Positions 1 to 11,370 of a stretch of 64,000 bases of DNA are shown piece after piece; positions within the stretch are counted from its first letter, which is position 1, and each line of letters opens with the position of its first letter. Under the pieces are notes generated by a model, which did not search any database, was not told where the DNA came from, and saw only the letters and a program-made list of their open reading frames with translations. The position numbers and the translations under genes were made by a program. The DNA is from Octopus vulgaris (Eukaryota). The stretch spans positions 35,340,001-35,404,000 of the forward strand of contig OX597825.1 of the NCBI GenBank assembly GCA_951406725.2, read 5' to 3'.

Positions 1-369
1 TTATTAAATATTATTAAGATTGTTAAAAAGATTGTTAAAATATTTTGTGTATTCTAGAAGTGTAACCAATTTATTGCACATAAATATTAAAGACAAAATT
101 TTATGTGTACCCTACAAGGGCCATATGGACCTCTATTGAGAACCATTGCTCTGGACTGAAGTACATTACTATACTAACAGCTCAGTACACTAACCTACAT
201 CATACTTTATTCCAGTGGAATACATTGCTCTTAACAATTGCTCTAAGTTGCATTACAATACACCAACCCACACTGCTATGTACTGCACTGCAAATCATTA
301 CACAAGATTTTATTACCTAACACTACACAGCCCTGCAATACACTACACTTCAATACTCTACATTATGCT

Positions 370-795
370 GGCGTGACTGTGTGGTAAGAAGCTTGCTTTC
401 CAAACACAAGGTTCCAGGTTCACTCCCACTGCATGGTACCTTGGGCATATGTGTTCTACTATAGCCCCAGATCAACTAATATCTTTTGAGTCTATTTGGT
501 AGACGGAAACTGAAAGAAGCTCGTCGTGTGTATGTGTGCGTGTGTGTATGTATGTGTGTATGTGAGTGTATGTGTGTGTGTTTGTCTTTGTGTTTGTGCT
601 TGTCCCTCACCACCGCTTGATAACCGGTGTTGGTGTGTTTGTGGTTCGGTAAAAGGGGCCTCTAGAATGAATAGCAGGCTTAAAATGAAAATAAGTACTG
701 AGGTTGATTAGTTCGACTAACATTCCTCAAGGCGGAGCTCCAGCATGATCGCAGTCTAAAGACTGAAACAAATAAAAGATAACAGATAAAAGATA
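370..795 (+). mobile_element. tRNA-headed SINE, family A (CORE-like middle, internal TG microsatellite)
   Basis: A-box-like GGCGTGACTGTGTGGTAAG, B-box-like GGTTCACTCCC, CORE-like CCTTGGGCATATGTG, internal (TG)n and a GACTGAAACAAATAAAAGAT tail. The same layout recurs at 5748, 17408, 19419 and 22211. Confidence 0.85.
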
Positions 796-819
796 CCCGA
801 CGAAATATTGCATACACAG

Positions 820-1123
820 CACTTTGATGGACTCTCCCGCCGAAGACGACGTACGAGCGTTCAGGTTTTTGCCGAACGACCCGCACAAATGATTTGCTCA
901 TAAAGATCAAATGTTCATGCCATACACAAGCTCACTCCCGCCATCGAATCGACATTGCATGAACAGGCGCACAGTGCACACATGCTAGGTGTCAAAGTGA
1001 TCGCAGAGCAACGTGAGATGAAGTGTTTTGCTCAAGAGCACAGCGTACCACTTGGTCTACGAATCGAAACCACAATCTCGCGATCGTGCATGCAAAACAC
1101 CAACCACTAGGTTATGCGCCCTC
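820..1123 (-). mobile_element. tRNA-headed SINE (head shared with the 29427 and 59718 SINEs)
   Basis: The minus strand reads GAGGGCGCATAACCTAGTGGTT...GGTTTCGATTCG...CTTGAGCAAAACACTTCATCTCACGTTGCTC, collinear with the heads at 29675 and 59718. Confidence 0.7.
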
Positions 1124-1459
1124 ACAGCACTATACTACAATATATGAGATTATTCTAGCCTCTGCTACATTATATTACGATAATCTACGCTACACTACAT
1201 CACAGGGTTCTATATTAAACAGTACCACAATACACTGCAGTGCATTGTACAACACTGCCTACACTGCAGTGCATTGTACAACACTGCTTACACTGTGTTG
1301 CACCAAACTATGCCACATAACATGTAACTGCACTTTAGTACAGTGCATGTATTATACTACACGGTATTACGAAACAACAATACATGACACTTGACCTCGC
1401 TATCCAATACTGTCATATACTACAATTTACTACTCTGCGGAATACTGACATGCATTACA

Positions 1460-2540
1460 GCATCATAATCATCAACATTAATCGTCGTCGTCGTCGTCGT
1501 CATCATCATCATCGTCGTTGTCATCATCACCATCGTCATCATCATCATCATCGTCGTTGTCATCATCACCATCGTCATCATCATCATCGTTGTCGTCATC
1601 ATCATCATCACGAACATAATCTTATCATCATCATCGTCATCATCATCATCATTTTACATCTCGTGACTTTCTTTCCATCTACACCCCCACCGCCAACCAC
1701 TACTGTAACAACTCCTAACTGTAACCCATCACCACTACCTGTAACAAGAACAGCAGCAGCAGCCACAACAACATCCACAACAAGAACAACAACCACAACA
1801 TCAATAGCAACAACAATGACAATGTGGACTTAAACAACAGTGATAATGCCCAAATCTGCAAAGACAATAACATAAACAGAAAGTGTACAACAATAGCAAC
1901 AATAGCAACAACAGCAACAACAGCAACAACATCCGTAAATCTACAGCAACAGGCACTGCAGCAGCAATAACAACAAAAACACCACCAGCAACACAAGTAA
2001 CAACGGAAGCAGCAATATCAAGAACAGCTGCAGCAGTAACAACAACAGAAGCAACAACGGCAATAATTATAAGAGCAGCAGGAACAGCAATTGTGGCAAG
2101 AACAATAGCAACAACACTAGCGACAACAACAATAGCAACAACAGCAGCAGCAATATCAGAAGCCAAAAAAGACAATAGCAATAGCAACAACAACAACAAC
2201 AACAAAACCAGCAGCAGCAGCAACAGCAGCAACAGCAGCAGCAGTAGCAGCAACAGCAGCAGCAGCAGCAACAGCAGCAGCAAGCACAGTCGCAACAACA
2301 GCAACAACAACGGAAACAGCATTAAGAACAATAGTGGAAGCAACAACAGTTAGAACAAGAATGAAAGCATTAGCAACAAGAAAAAAGGAACAGTTTGCAA
2401 CAATAACAATATTAACAATTGCAACAGTGACCAGAACTACAACAACAACAGCAACAGCAGCAGCAGCAGCGGCAACAACAACAACTGTAGCAACACCGAC
2501 AAAGAAGGCAACAATAACAACCACAACAAACAGTAGAAGC
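1460..2540. repeat. Degenerate trinucleotide field (CAT/CGT, then CAA/CAG/ACA)
   Basis: Continuous low-complexity sequence. It explains the poly-H/T/N/S/L ORFs found on both strands. Confidence 0.9.
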
Positions 2541-2752
2541 TCAGTTTTACCTAGACAATTCATGAGAAATGTCAACTAGAGCGACTCTATGCGGTCAGAC
2601 AATCTGCTAGAAATAGCAACAGTGTCACCTTCAAATTAGGTTCAGCTGCTTTTGGAAAACGAGGGACACTTAAGGGCAATGCAATTTACTGACACACACA
2701 CACATAGACACAGACGTACCCACACATACTCTCTCTCTCTCACACTCACATA

Positions 2753-3058
<306 letters not shown>

Positions 3059-3065
3059 TGTATAT

Positions 3066-3278
3066 CCGAAGTGGTGCTGAAAAGTTTCTGGTTTTGGATG
3101 AAAGAAAATACGGGAGGATCAGTTAATTATGATTTTATTCAACATATTCCTCTCCCAGATCCACACACTTACTGCAGCGGTCCTTCATCTTTTCTACGTC
3201 CTGTAAAAGAACTCGTTGGGCCTCCAACCAGGCCTTTCGCGACACCCATAAAGCTAGGAACTTTTCAGCAGTCCCTCA
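3066..3278 (-). mobile_element. Mariner-derived MITE
   Basis: TIRs GTGCTGAAAAGTTTCTGGTTT / AAAGCTAGGAACTTTTCAGCA. It is the reverse-complement counterpart of 55065-55277. Confidence 0.85.
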
Positions 3279-3369
3279 TGTGTGCAAAGAAAGTCACGGA
3301 TGGAGCACCTGTTGTTACAAGTGTTCTTGGTTACGGCTCACTTGTGATTAAACAATAAAAACCATAGAC

Positions 3370-4170
3370 AGCTGCTGATAGCAGTAATAGCATTAACGCC
3401 AATAATGACACTGCAGTAAGAAAAATATACAGCAGCAGAAATTGCAGCAAAAACTGCAGCCCAAGAACTGCAGTAGCAACATCAGCAGCCTTAGAAAGTA
3501 GAACTGCAGCAACTACGGCAGTAGCAGAACAGCAGCTACAAAACTACAGCAACTATAGAAGCCTGAGCTACAATAACTTCGGCAACATCAGAAGACATAA
3601 GTGCAGCAACAATATCAAAAATGACAACAACAACAACAATAATAGTAGTAACAACAATAAGTACGGTTACAACAATTATAAGAACAATACTATAAACATT
3701 AACAGCTCCAGCATCAGCGACGACCCAAACAACAACAAGAATAAGGAAAGCGACTACAATTACAATAACAACGATAGTAACTGTATAACCACAACAACAA
3801 CTACAATAACAATGACGATTGCAGTATCAATAGGAGAAGAGGCAAGAGCGGCATATAACACTTGCACTCGGAGCAACAGGTGCAACAAGAGTATAAATTG
3901 CAGATGTAATAACTACAACAACTGCTGTATCAGTAGAGTAACCGCAATGTCAAAAACAGCAGCAGTAATAGCAGCAAAGATCGCAGTAAAGCTCCAACAG
4001 TATGAAGGCAGTAGCAGTAATAACAACTGTTGCTGCAGTAGGTGCGAAAACAGCATAAACAATGCAGCAACACTAGCAGCAACTTTAACAATAACGGTAG
4101 CAACAAGTGGAGGATATAAGCGTTGTAATAGCAGCAACAACATCTTCAATATTAGCAACAGTGGCAATAC
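3370..4170. repeat. Degenerate CAA/CAG/TAA field
   Basis: A/C-rich triplet-derived sequence. It continues at 4740-4790, 5030-5620 and 7376-8000. Confidence 0.85.
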
Positions 4171-4174
4171 TTTG

Positions 4175-4553
4175 TTTTATTTCTTTATTGCCCACAAGGA
4201 GCTAAACATAGAGGGGACAAACAAGGACGGATAAAGGGATTAAGTCGATTACATCGATCCCAGTGTGTAACTGGTACTTAATTTATCGACCCCGAAAGGA
4301 TGAAAGGCAAAGTCGACTTCGGCGGAATTTGAACTGAGAACGTACCGGCAGACGAAATACCTATTTCTTTACTACCCACAAGGGGTTAAACACTGAGAGG
4401 ACAAACAAGGACAGACAGACGGATGAAGTCGATTATATCGATCCCAGTGCGTAACTGGTACTTAATTTATCGACCCCGGAAGGATGAAAGGCAAAGTCGA
4501 CCTCGGCGGAGTTTGAACTGAGAACGTAACGGCAGACGAAATACCGCTAAGCA
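4175..4553 (-). mobile_element. SINE family B, dimeric form (5'-truncated)
   Basis: Two head-to-tail units, each with GAGTTCAAATTCCGCCGAGGTCGACTTTGCCTTTCATCCTT...-type cores, joined near 4361. The dimer has the same structure as 13171-13580. Confidence 0.9.
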
Positions 4554-4574
4554 GTTCAATAATAACATCTGTAC

Positions 4575-4723
4575 TAGCCATGGGCAAACTGCTGCCCAAA
4601 AGGCTTTCTGGATGGCAGGGTTAACGAAAAATTAGCTGCAAATTGTTTTTTGGTAGTGCGGCCCACTTCATGATGAGTTATGTCTCATGCGGCCCGTTTC
4701 TCGCGAACGGTTGCTCATGCTTG
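4575..4723. mobile_element. Probable hAT-type MITE
   Basis: Imperfect TIRs TAGCCATGGGCAAAC / GGTTGCTCATGCTTG and internal GCGGCCC motifs. No clear 8-bp TSD. Confidence 0.5.
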
Positions 4724-4797
4724 TACTACGACCAACATATTCAGCAACTACAACAACGACAATAACAACTGATGCGACAATAGCTAACAGTAATACC

Positions 4798-5025
4798 TAT
4801 TTCTTTACTACCAACAAGGGGCTAAACACAGAAGGGACAATCAAGGACAGACAAACGGATTAAGTCGGTTATATGAACCCCAGTGCATAAATGGTACTTA
4901 TTTAATCGACCCCGAAAGGATGAAAGGCAAAGTCGACCTCGGCGGAATTTGAACTCAGACAGTAGCGGCAGACAAAATACAGATAAGCATTTCGCCCGGC
5001 GTGCTAACGATTCTGCCAGCTCGCT
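4798..5025 (-). mobile_element. SINE family B monomer
   Basis: Head GCGAGCTGGCAGAATCGTTAGCACGCCGGGCGAAATGC, B-box GAGTTCAAATTCC. GTAATACC flanks both sides. Confidence 0.9.
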
Positions 5026-5698
5026 GTAATACCAGCACCATCACCACCACCACCACCACCACCACCACCACCACCACCAACAACAACAAACACAACAATA
5101 ACAAGTGTTGCACAACAGTGGTAATAACAACACCGGTAACAGCTGCAGCAAAAATAACAGCAGCAGTAGTAGCAGCAGCAGCAGCAGTGGCAGCAACAGC
5201 GTCAGTAGCCTAAGTAGAGGTATTAACAACTGCACCACCAGCAAGAACAACAACAACAACATCAACAATTGCAGTAACAAAAACAACAAATGGACAGCAA
5301 CAAAACGTCAAGACTAATAACGAAATCTGCAGCACCAACAACAACCTGCTGCAAAAACGGCAGCAGCAAAAGAAACTGCTGCAGTCACAGGAACAACAGT
5401 TGCTACACCGACAACAACGACAACAACATCAAAAGGTGTCGAGAGCAGAAATCTGTAACAGTTGCTGCAACTACTGCAACATAAACTGCAGCAGCACCAA
5501 GAACTGCACAGCAACTAGTATAATACGATGCATTGATTAACAGGTACTGCAGTAGTAGTTGAAATTTGAAACAGAGATTCAGCTAAATCAACGACAACAC
5601 TAACATAAGCGACAAGAACATTATTATTATTGTGGTGCCCCAGCATGGCCGCGGCCTTCGGGCTAAAACATTTTAAAGGATTTTAAGGATTTTTAAGG

Positions 5699-5747
<49 letters not shown>

Positions 5748-5749
<2 letters not shown>

Positions 5750-6156
5750 TTACTTGTTTCAGTCATTTGACTGCGGCCATGCTGGTGCTGGAGCACCGCC
5801 TTTAGTCGAGCAAATCCACCCCAGAACTTATTCTTTGTAAGCCTAGTACTTACTCTATCGGTCCCTTTTGCCGAACCGCTAAGTTACGGGGACGTAAACA
5901 CACCAGCATCGGTTGTCAAGTGATGTTTGGGGTGGGGAGGGCAAACACAGACACACAAACATATACACACACACATATACATATATATATATACATATAT
6001 ACGACGGGCTTCTTTCAGTTACCGTCTACAAAATCCACTCACAAGGTTTTAGTCGGCCTGAGGCTATAGTAGAAGACACTTGCTCAAGGTGTCACGCAGT
6101 GGGACTGAACTCGGAACGATGTGGTTCGTAAGCAAGCTACTTACCACACAGCCACT
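5748..6156 (-). mobile_element. SINE family A
   Basis: Complete head, CORE-like segment, internal (TA/TG) repeat and CAGTCAAATGACTGAAACAAGTAAAA tail running into (TAA)n. Confidence 0.9.
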
Positions 6157-6157
6157 C

Positions 6158-6376
6158 AAGGCGGTGAGCTGGCAGAATCGTTAGCACATCGGGCGAAATG
6201 CTTAGCGGCATTTCCTCCGTCTTTACGTTCTGAGTTCAAAATTCTAACGATGTCGACTTTGCCTTTCATACTTTCGGAGTCGATAAATCAAGCACCAGTT
6301 ACACACTGGGGTCGATGTAATCGACTTATCCCCCACCACCACTAAAATGTCAGGCATTGTGCCTATGATAGAAAGG

Positions 6377-6377
<1 letters not shown>
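6158..6377 (+). mobile_element. SINE family B with (ATT)n(AGT)n tail
   Basis: AGGCGGTGAGCTGGCAGAATCGTTAGCA head and the conserved core; followed by (ATT)n(AGT)n to 6506. Confidence 0.9.
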
Positions 6378-6452
<75 letters not shown>

Positions 6453-6453
6453 C

Positions 6454-6506
<53 letters not shown>

Positions 6507-6550
6507 ACAACAGAAATAAAAATATTATCAACAATGTAGAGTGGCAATCA

Positions 6551-6770
6551 GACTAACGTGGGAGCCTTTATGTGGTCGTTCAATCTACAAGAAATGCTTG
6601 CTCCCTTGAATCTTATAATGAGAAAGGAGCATTGTGCAGTGTATTTCAAGATCTTATAGGTCTGAAAATAAGACGGGATGGTCGTCGATTGAATGCCTTT
6701 GACCGTAAGATTCTTTGATGAAAGCTGACCGGGGGATAAAAAAGAAAAATGACAGCTGTGTTTCCAACAA
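6551..6770 (+). mobile_element. Old dispersed repeat, unclassified
   Basis: Motifs TGTGGTCGTTCAATCT...GAAAT and GACGGGATGGTC...GAATGCCTTTGA. Diverged relatives lie near 2575-2690, 8835-8940, 10205-10360, 10425-10590, 13600-13685(-) and 39690-39845. Confidence 0.55.
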
Positions 6771-6924
6771 CAAATCATGTGGCACTGCACTGATAGCAAT
6801 ACATTCAACTGCAAGAACAATAACAACTATATTCACGGTAGCAGCAGCAGCAACAGCAGCAGCAGCAGCTGTAATGTGTACAAGCTCATTAGAAAAAGAA
6901 AGGCTGCAATATTATCGGTTATAG

Positions 6925-7359
6925 TGAGACGGAGAACTGGTAGAATCGTTGGCACGCCGGAAAAAATGCCTAGCAGTATTTTGTTCGTCTTCATGCTCTG
7001 AGTTCAAATATCGCCAAGGTCGACTTTACCTTTCATTCTTTCGGGGTCAATAAATTAAGTACCAGTTAAGCACCGGGGTCAATGTAATTAACTTACCCGC
7101 TTCTTCGAAAGTGTAGGTCTCGCGCCAAGATTTGAAAGCGATATTATCAGCCTTAGAAAGGTGGCGAGCTGGCAAAAGCGTTAGAATGCCGGATAAAATA
7201 CTTAACGATATTTCGTTTGTCTTTACGTTCTGAGTTCAAATTCCGCCGAGGTTGATTCTGTCAGTCATTCTTTCGAGGTTGATAAAATAAATACCAGTTG
7301 AACACTGGGGGTCAACGTAATCGACTTACCCGCTTCCCTGGTGCCAAAATTTGAAATTA
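6925..7359 (+). mobile_element. Two tandem SINE family B copies
   Basis: Copies at about 6925-7140 and 7157-7359, separated and flanked by a 16-bp repeated target. Confidence 0.88.
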
Positions 7360-7472
7360 GTATTATCGGCCATAGCGTTAGATGCAGTAACAACACCAAC
7401 AAGAATGGCATTAGCAACTACAATAACTACAATGGCAGCAATAGCAACGTCAAGCCAAACAGTTGCAACAGT

Positions 7473-7505
<33 letters not shown>

Positions 7506-8139
7506 AATAGTAGCAGCAACAACAATAGCAGCCACAGCGGCAGTAGCAACAACAATAACAACGGCAGCAACAACTGAAAGCCTGTTGCAACAGTAGCAAC
7601 GGCAACAGCAGCAGCAACAGCAGTGGCTGTAACGAGCATCATCGACTGCACAACAGCCTCAGCGAACCAACATGATCGGCAGCAGCAGCAGTAGCAGCAG
7701 CCAGCACCACCAACAACAGCAGTAACCACAACAACAGCAGCAGCAGCAGCAAAAGCCAGTGTCAAAACAACAGCAGTGACCAACACCATCAACGGCAGCA
7801 ATAACAATAACTGCATCAGCAACTAACGCCTTCATCAGTAGCAATAACAACTAATTCTAGCAGATGCAGCAGCAATTACAACAGCAACCGTATCAACAAT
7901 AGAGGTATCATTAGCATCCTCACCAGCATCACCTCAATCAGCAGCACCGCTAGCAACCACACAAATAGCTGTCATGGCTGCAACGTCCTAACTGCTATCG
8001 ACAGCTGCAAATCTATGGAAGCTATCCCAGGCTTTGTACTTTTATACAAAATACTCAATACCCCTTTAAGAACTAATTCACAACTCTGTCGTTTGTAAAC
8101 TATCTGTCAAATCAACAAACTTATGTTGTATTATAAATG

Positions 8140-8465
8140 GACCTCCATTGGTTTTGACGATGAGTATTCAGTTGTTCGAGCAACAGAAGCTCATTGAATT
8201 ATTTTGTCAGTCGTTGCTAAGTAGCTCAAAAACGCACTTAGCCATAACATAATCTACAGCCTTACCCAATGAGACAATGTGTGATCTTTGAAGTATGCGA
8301 ACAATATATCCGTCTAGTTCTCAAGCAGTTCCTGTTCTGTGCTGTTTCACTCACAAAGTTTGAAGTCACCTCGAGTCTATGATAAATAGCACCTATCTTA
8401 GAAGCCAGGCTGTAGAAATCGAACCTGTGACCACTTTGTTGTAATGCACATTTAACTAATAAGGA
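8140..8465 (-). mobile_element. Highly decayed SINE related to 59718-60102
   Basis: CTCCATTGGTTTTGACGATGAG resembles the reverse complement of that SINE's tail, and GAAATCGAACC is a reverse B-box. Confidence 0.45.
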
Positions 8466-8967
8466 GTGTTGCAAACTACTATACAGTATATACAACAGCA
8501 ACAATCTATCTAAAATTTGTATTTTTCCCTGAAGTACAACAAAAATCGTTTTTCTCACTCACTTTTTAATCTGTACCTGCACGACCTTCCTATACCTCAA
8601 AAAAGCATATCTCAGTCCCAGCTGTAGTCGACAAACCACACTCACATCCTTCTATCATTCTCCAAACACAGTTAGCTACACAGCTACTCCAACCCTACAT
8701 CTCTTAACTTGGAACCTGTCTCTAAAACAGAATTAATGTAGCACTATCCAAATTCATTGTCTTTTATTTCCAGCAACATCAGAGAACATAAAATTCGAAC
8801 AACAATCAACTCAGCAAGATAGAAATACTACAAAGACAAGGGAAGCCTCTTTGAGGGCATTCAACCTATCAAAAGTAACATTCAAATCTTCCTCAAAATA
8901 TACCCTACCGTTATAAAAGAGGGCACATTGAGCACTGTATTCGAGAGGTAATATTTATGCCCACTAA

Positions 8968-9180
8968 GGCGGCGAGCTCCCAGAAACGTTAGCACGCCGG
9001 CCGAAATGCTCAGTGGTATTTCGTCTGTCTTTTACGTTCTGAGTTCAAATTCAACCGAGGTTGACTTTGCCTTTCATCCTTTCGGGTTCAATAAGTTAAG
9101 TACCAGTTGCGTACTGGGGTCGATCTAATCGACTGGCCCCCTCCACCAAAATTTCGGGCCTCGTTCTTAGAGTGGAAAAG
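8968..9180 (+). mobile_element. SINE family B with TSD
   Basis: Complete copy flanked by AATATTTATGCCCACTAAG (8950) and AATATTTATACTCACTTAAG (9181). Confidence 0.9.
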
Positions 9181-9403
9181 AATATTTATACTCACTTAAG
9201 CGTGGATGTTCTCTTTAGAACAAACTATATTGCGATAGTTGTCATGAGAGAAACCCTCATATTGGCTTTTGGTACAAAATGCACTCTTGATTAATATTGT
9301 GTGCATTTTGCACCAAAAGCCAATATGAGAGTTTCTTTCATGTAACTACCGCAGTATAGTTTGTTCTAACAGAACACTGGCATTTAAGTGGGAATAAATA
9401 TTT
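9181..9403. mobile_element. Foldback/MITE-like inverted repeat
   Basis: Arms of about 104 bp (9181-9284 and 9301-9403), e.g. CTCATATTGGCTTTTGGT / ACCAAAAGCCAATATGAG, with a 16-nt spacer. Confidence 0.85.
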
Positions 9404-9869
9404 TCTATCGGTATTAATACTGCCTCTTTCGTAAATATATATATATTTACAAATGTATTCTAGGTTGCACAATTTATGGAGAAAAAGACAGAGTAATTAT
9501 GGTTTGAACACCTCTTAAAACCAAACATATCTGTAACGTTCTGGAGCACCACTACAATACCATCTTAAGACTCCAATACCACTCACTTTAGTCTAGATAA
9601 ACTTAAACAAAATCACATGTAAACAGAAATATATCTCCAACATCACTATCCCCTGTCTTGGGATGTTTACCATTAATTGGTCCATAGGAGCAGCAACTGA
9701 CGAACCCCAACTACGTCCTTCTTGGTCTCCTTATAAGACATAACTAACAGAAAATATAAACACAGAAGAGCCAACAAGGATGCTCTTACGCTGTCACCCA
9801 ATCTAAACAGTCGTCCAACAACATTATAGGCACTGGGCAAAGTAATGCTCAGGGTTTGAAAAATACAAG

Positions 9870-10090
9870 ACCGCAGCCTATATAGAATTTTTATGTGGGC
9901 GTGCTCGTTTAGGGTTAAGTTTAGAGATGTGTTCTTTAAGTTTAACGTTGGTTATAAAGCTAATCTTCTGGGAGAATCCACAGTAGCTAGGGCTTCGTTG
10001 TAGTAAGTGGCGTAGTTATTAAATATTTCTTCGGTGGCGGATAGGTCGGATATTCTGATGGATATGCCTTTAATTATACTCTCGAAAGTA
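9870..10090 (-). mobile_element. Penelope-like element ORF fragment (post-RT/thumb region)
   Basis: Manual translation gives TFESIIKGISIRISDLSATEEIFNNYATYYNEALA, then after a frameshift CGFSQKISF. This resembles the PLE thumb pattern RIS.LS...EIF......Y..AL...G(F/Y). Confidence 0.6.
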
Positions 10091-10865
10091 CACCACCGAA
10101 AGATACGTACACCATCTAATTGATAGAAAAATACAATATAGGTTGTTTTGGTTCCCTAGACTCGTGGGGCCGCCGGGCGATAGCCGAATTATACCTTCAG
10201 GTGGTACTGTTGACCTCAATTCACAACCTACTCTCTTAAAAAGAGAACACTCTAGATAATTTAGTTTTAGGTAAACCTAAAATCACAGGTTGTACAAAAG
10301 TGGAATGTTTTAAGTCATTAGTCTACTCATTCGTTGTTGACGTGGAGTTAAACAACAACAGCAGTCGAACCTGTAAAACGAGCCTGTAACAATCTTATAA
10401 CAAGCCGAGTCAACGACGAATCTTAAATGTGGTCGTTTGACCAAGTATAACAGTAGCTAAACCACCCCGAAACCACATACTATCAACTTAAAAAGAGCAC
10501 GTAGACAATGTAGTTTTCGATATACAAAAATTCGGGTGGGTTACCATTAGAATATCCTATATCAATGGCTCTCAAAATAAAACTTACCAGCCAAGCAACA
10601 AAAAGAATATTAGTGAAAACTTTTTTGTCTCTCAGCAATTATGCTACGATTCTTGCCATAGCCGAACATATTTTCTATAACAATTACCGTACACAAGTTA
10701 AAAGTATCTCAAATTTGACATAGAAATGTGAATTGCCTATTTTATATAATCGTCACAGACATACTCCTATGACAATTACTGCTTCAAATCATAGTTCTGA
10801 TAAATCAAATATAACACCTAACTACTACATTCATATTAGTGTAGGTAACAACACTATGTTACCAT

Positions 10866-11087
10866 TGGTTTCAAATTTTGGCAGAAGGACAGCAATTTCA
10901 GGGGAGGGGGTAAGTCGATTACATCGAACATCGACTCCAGTATTCAACTGGTACCTATTTTATCGACCTGAGAGGATCAAGGGTAAAGTCGACCACGGCG
11001 CAGTTTGAACTCAAAACGTAAAAACGGTCGAAATGCCGCTAAGCATTTTGTCCGGTGCGCTATCGATTCTATCAGATCGCTGCCTTA
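10866..11087 (-). mobile_element. SINE family B (older copy)
   Basis: Family B core and head on the minus strand. ACTATGTTA occurs on both flanks. Confidence 0.85.
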
Positions 11088-11370
11088 ATAACTATGTTAA
11101 TATTACTAATGTATAACAACGCTAGTTTGTGTTATTGATATATAACAACGTAACGTTAGTATTACTAATGTATAATAATATCATGTTAGTATCATTGATA
11201 GTATTAATACTATGTTTGCATTACTAATGGTAACAACATTGCCTTAGTATTACTGATAGAAGCAACACTATATTACGTACTACTGACTTTAACAATGCTG
11301 TGTTAATGTTACTGATGGTAACATTACTGTTGGTAACAAAACCAGTTAGTTTTACTGATGATGATAACTA
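11088..11370. repeat. Degenerate ~29-bp minisatellite (~9-10 units)
   Basis: Approximate consensus ACAACACTATGTTAGTATTACTGATGGTA; the units are contiguous. Confidence 0.75.

Noticed and set aside
1384-2579. His-rich, Thr/Ala-rich and poly-Leu ORFs as genes
   Set aside because: They are open on both strands and in several frames because of triplet repeats; no domain or splice evidence.
11088-11370. CRISPR-like 29-bp periodicity
   Set aside because: It is a degenerate tandem array without repeat/spacer alternation.
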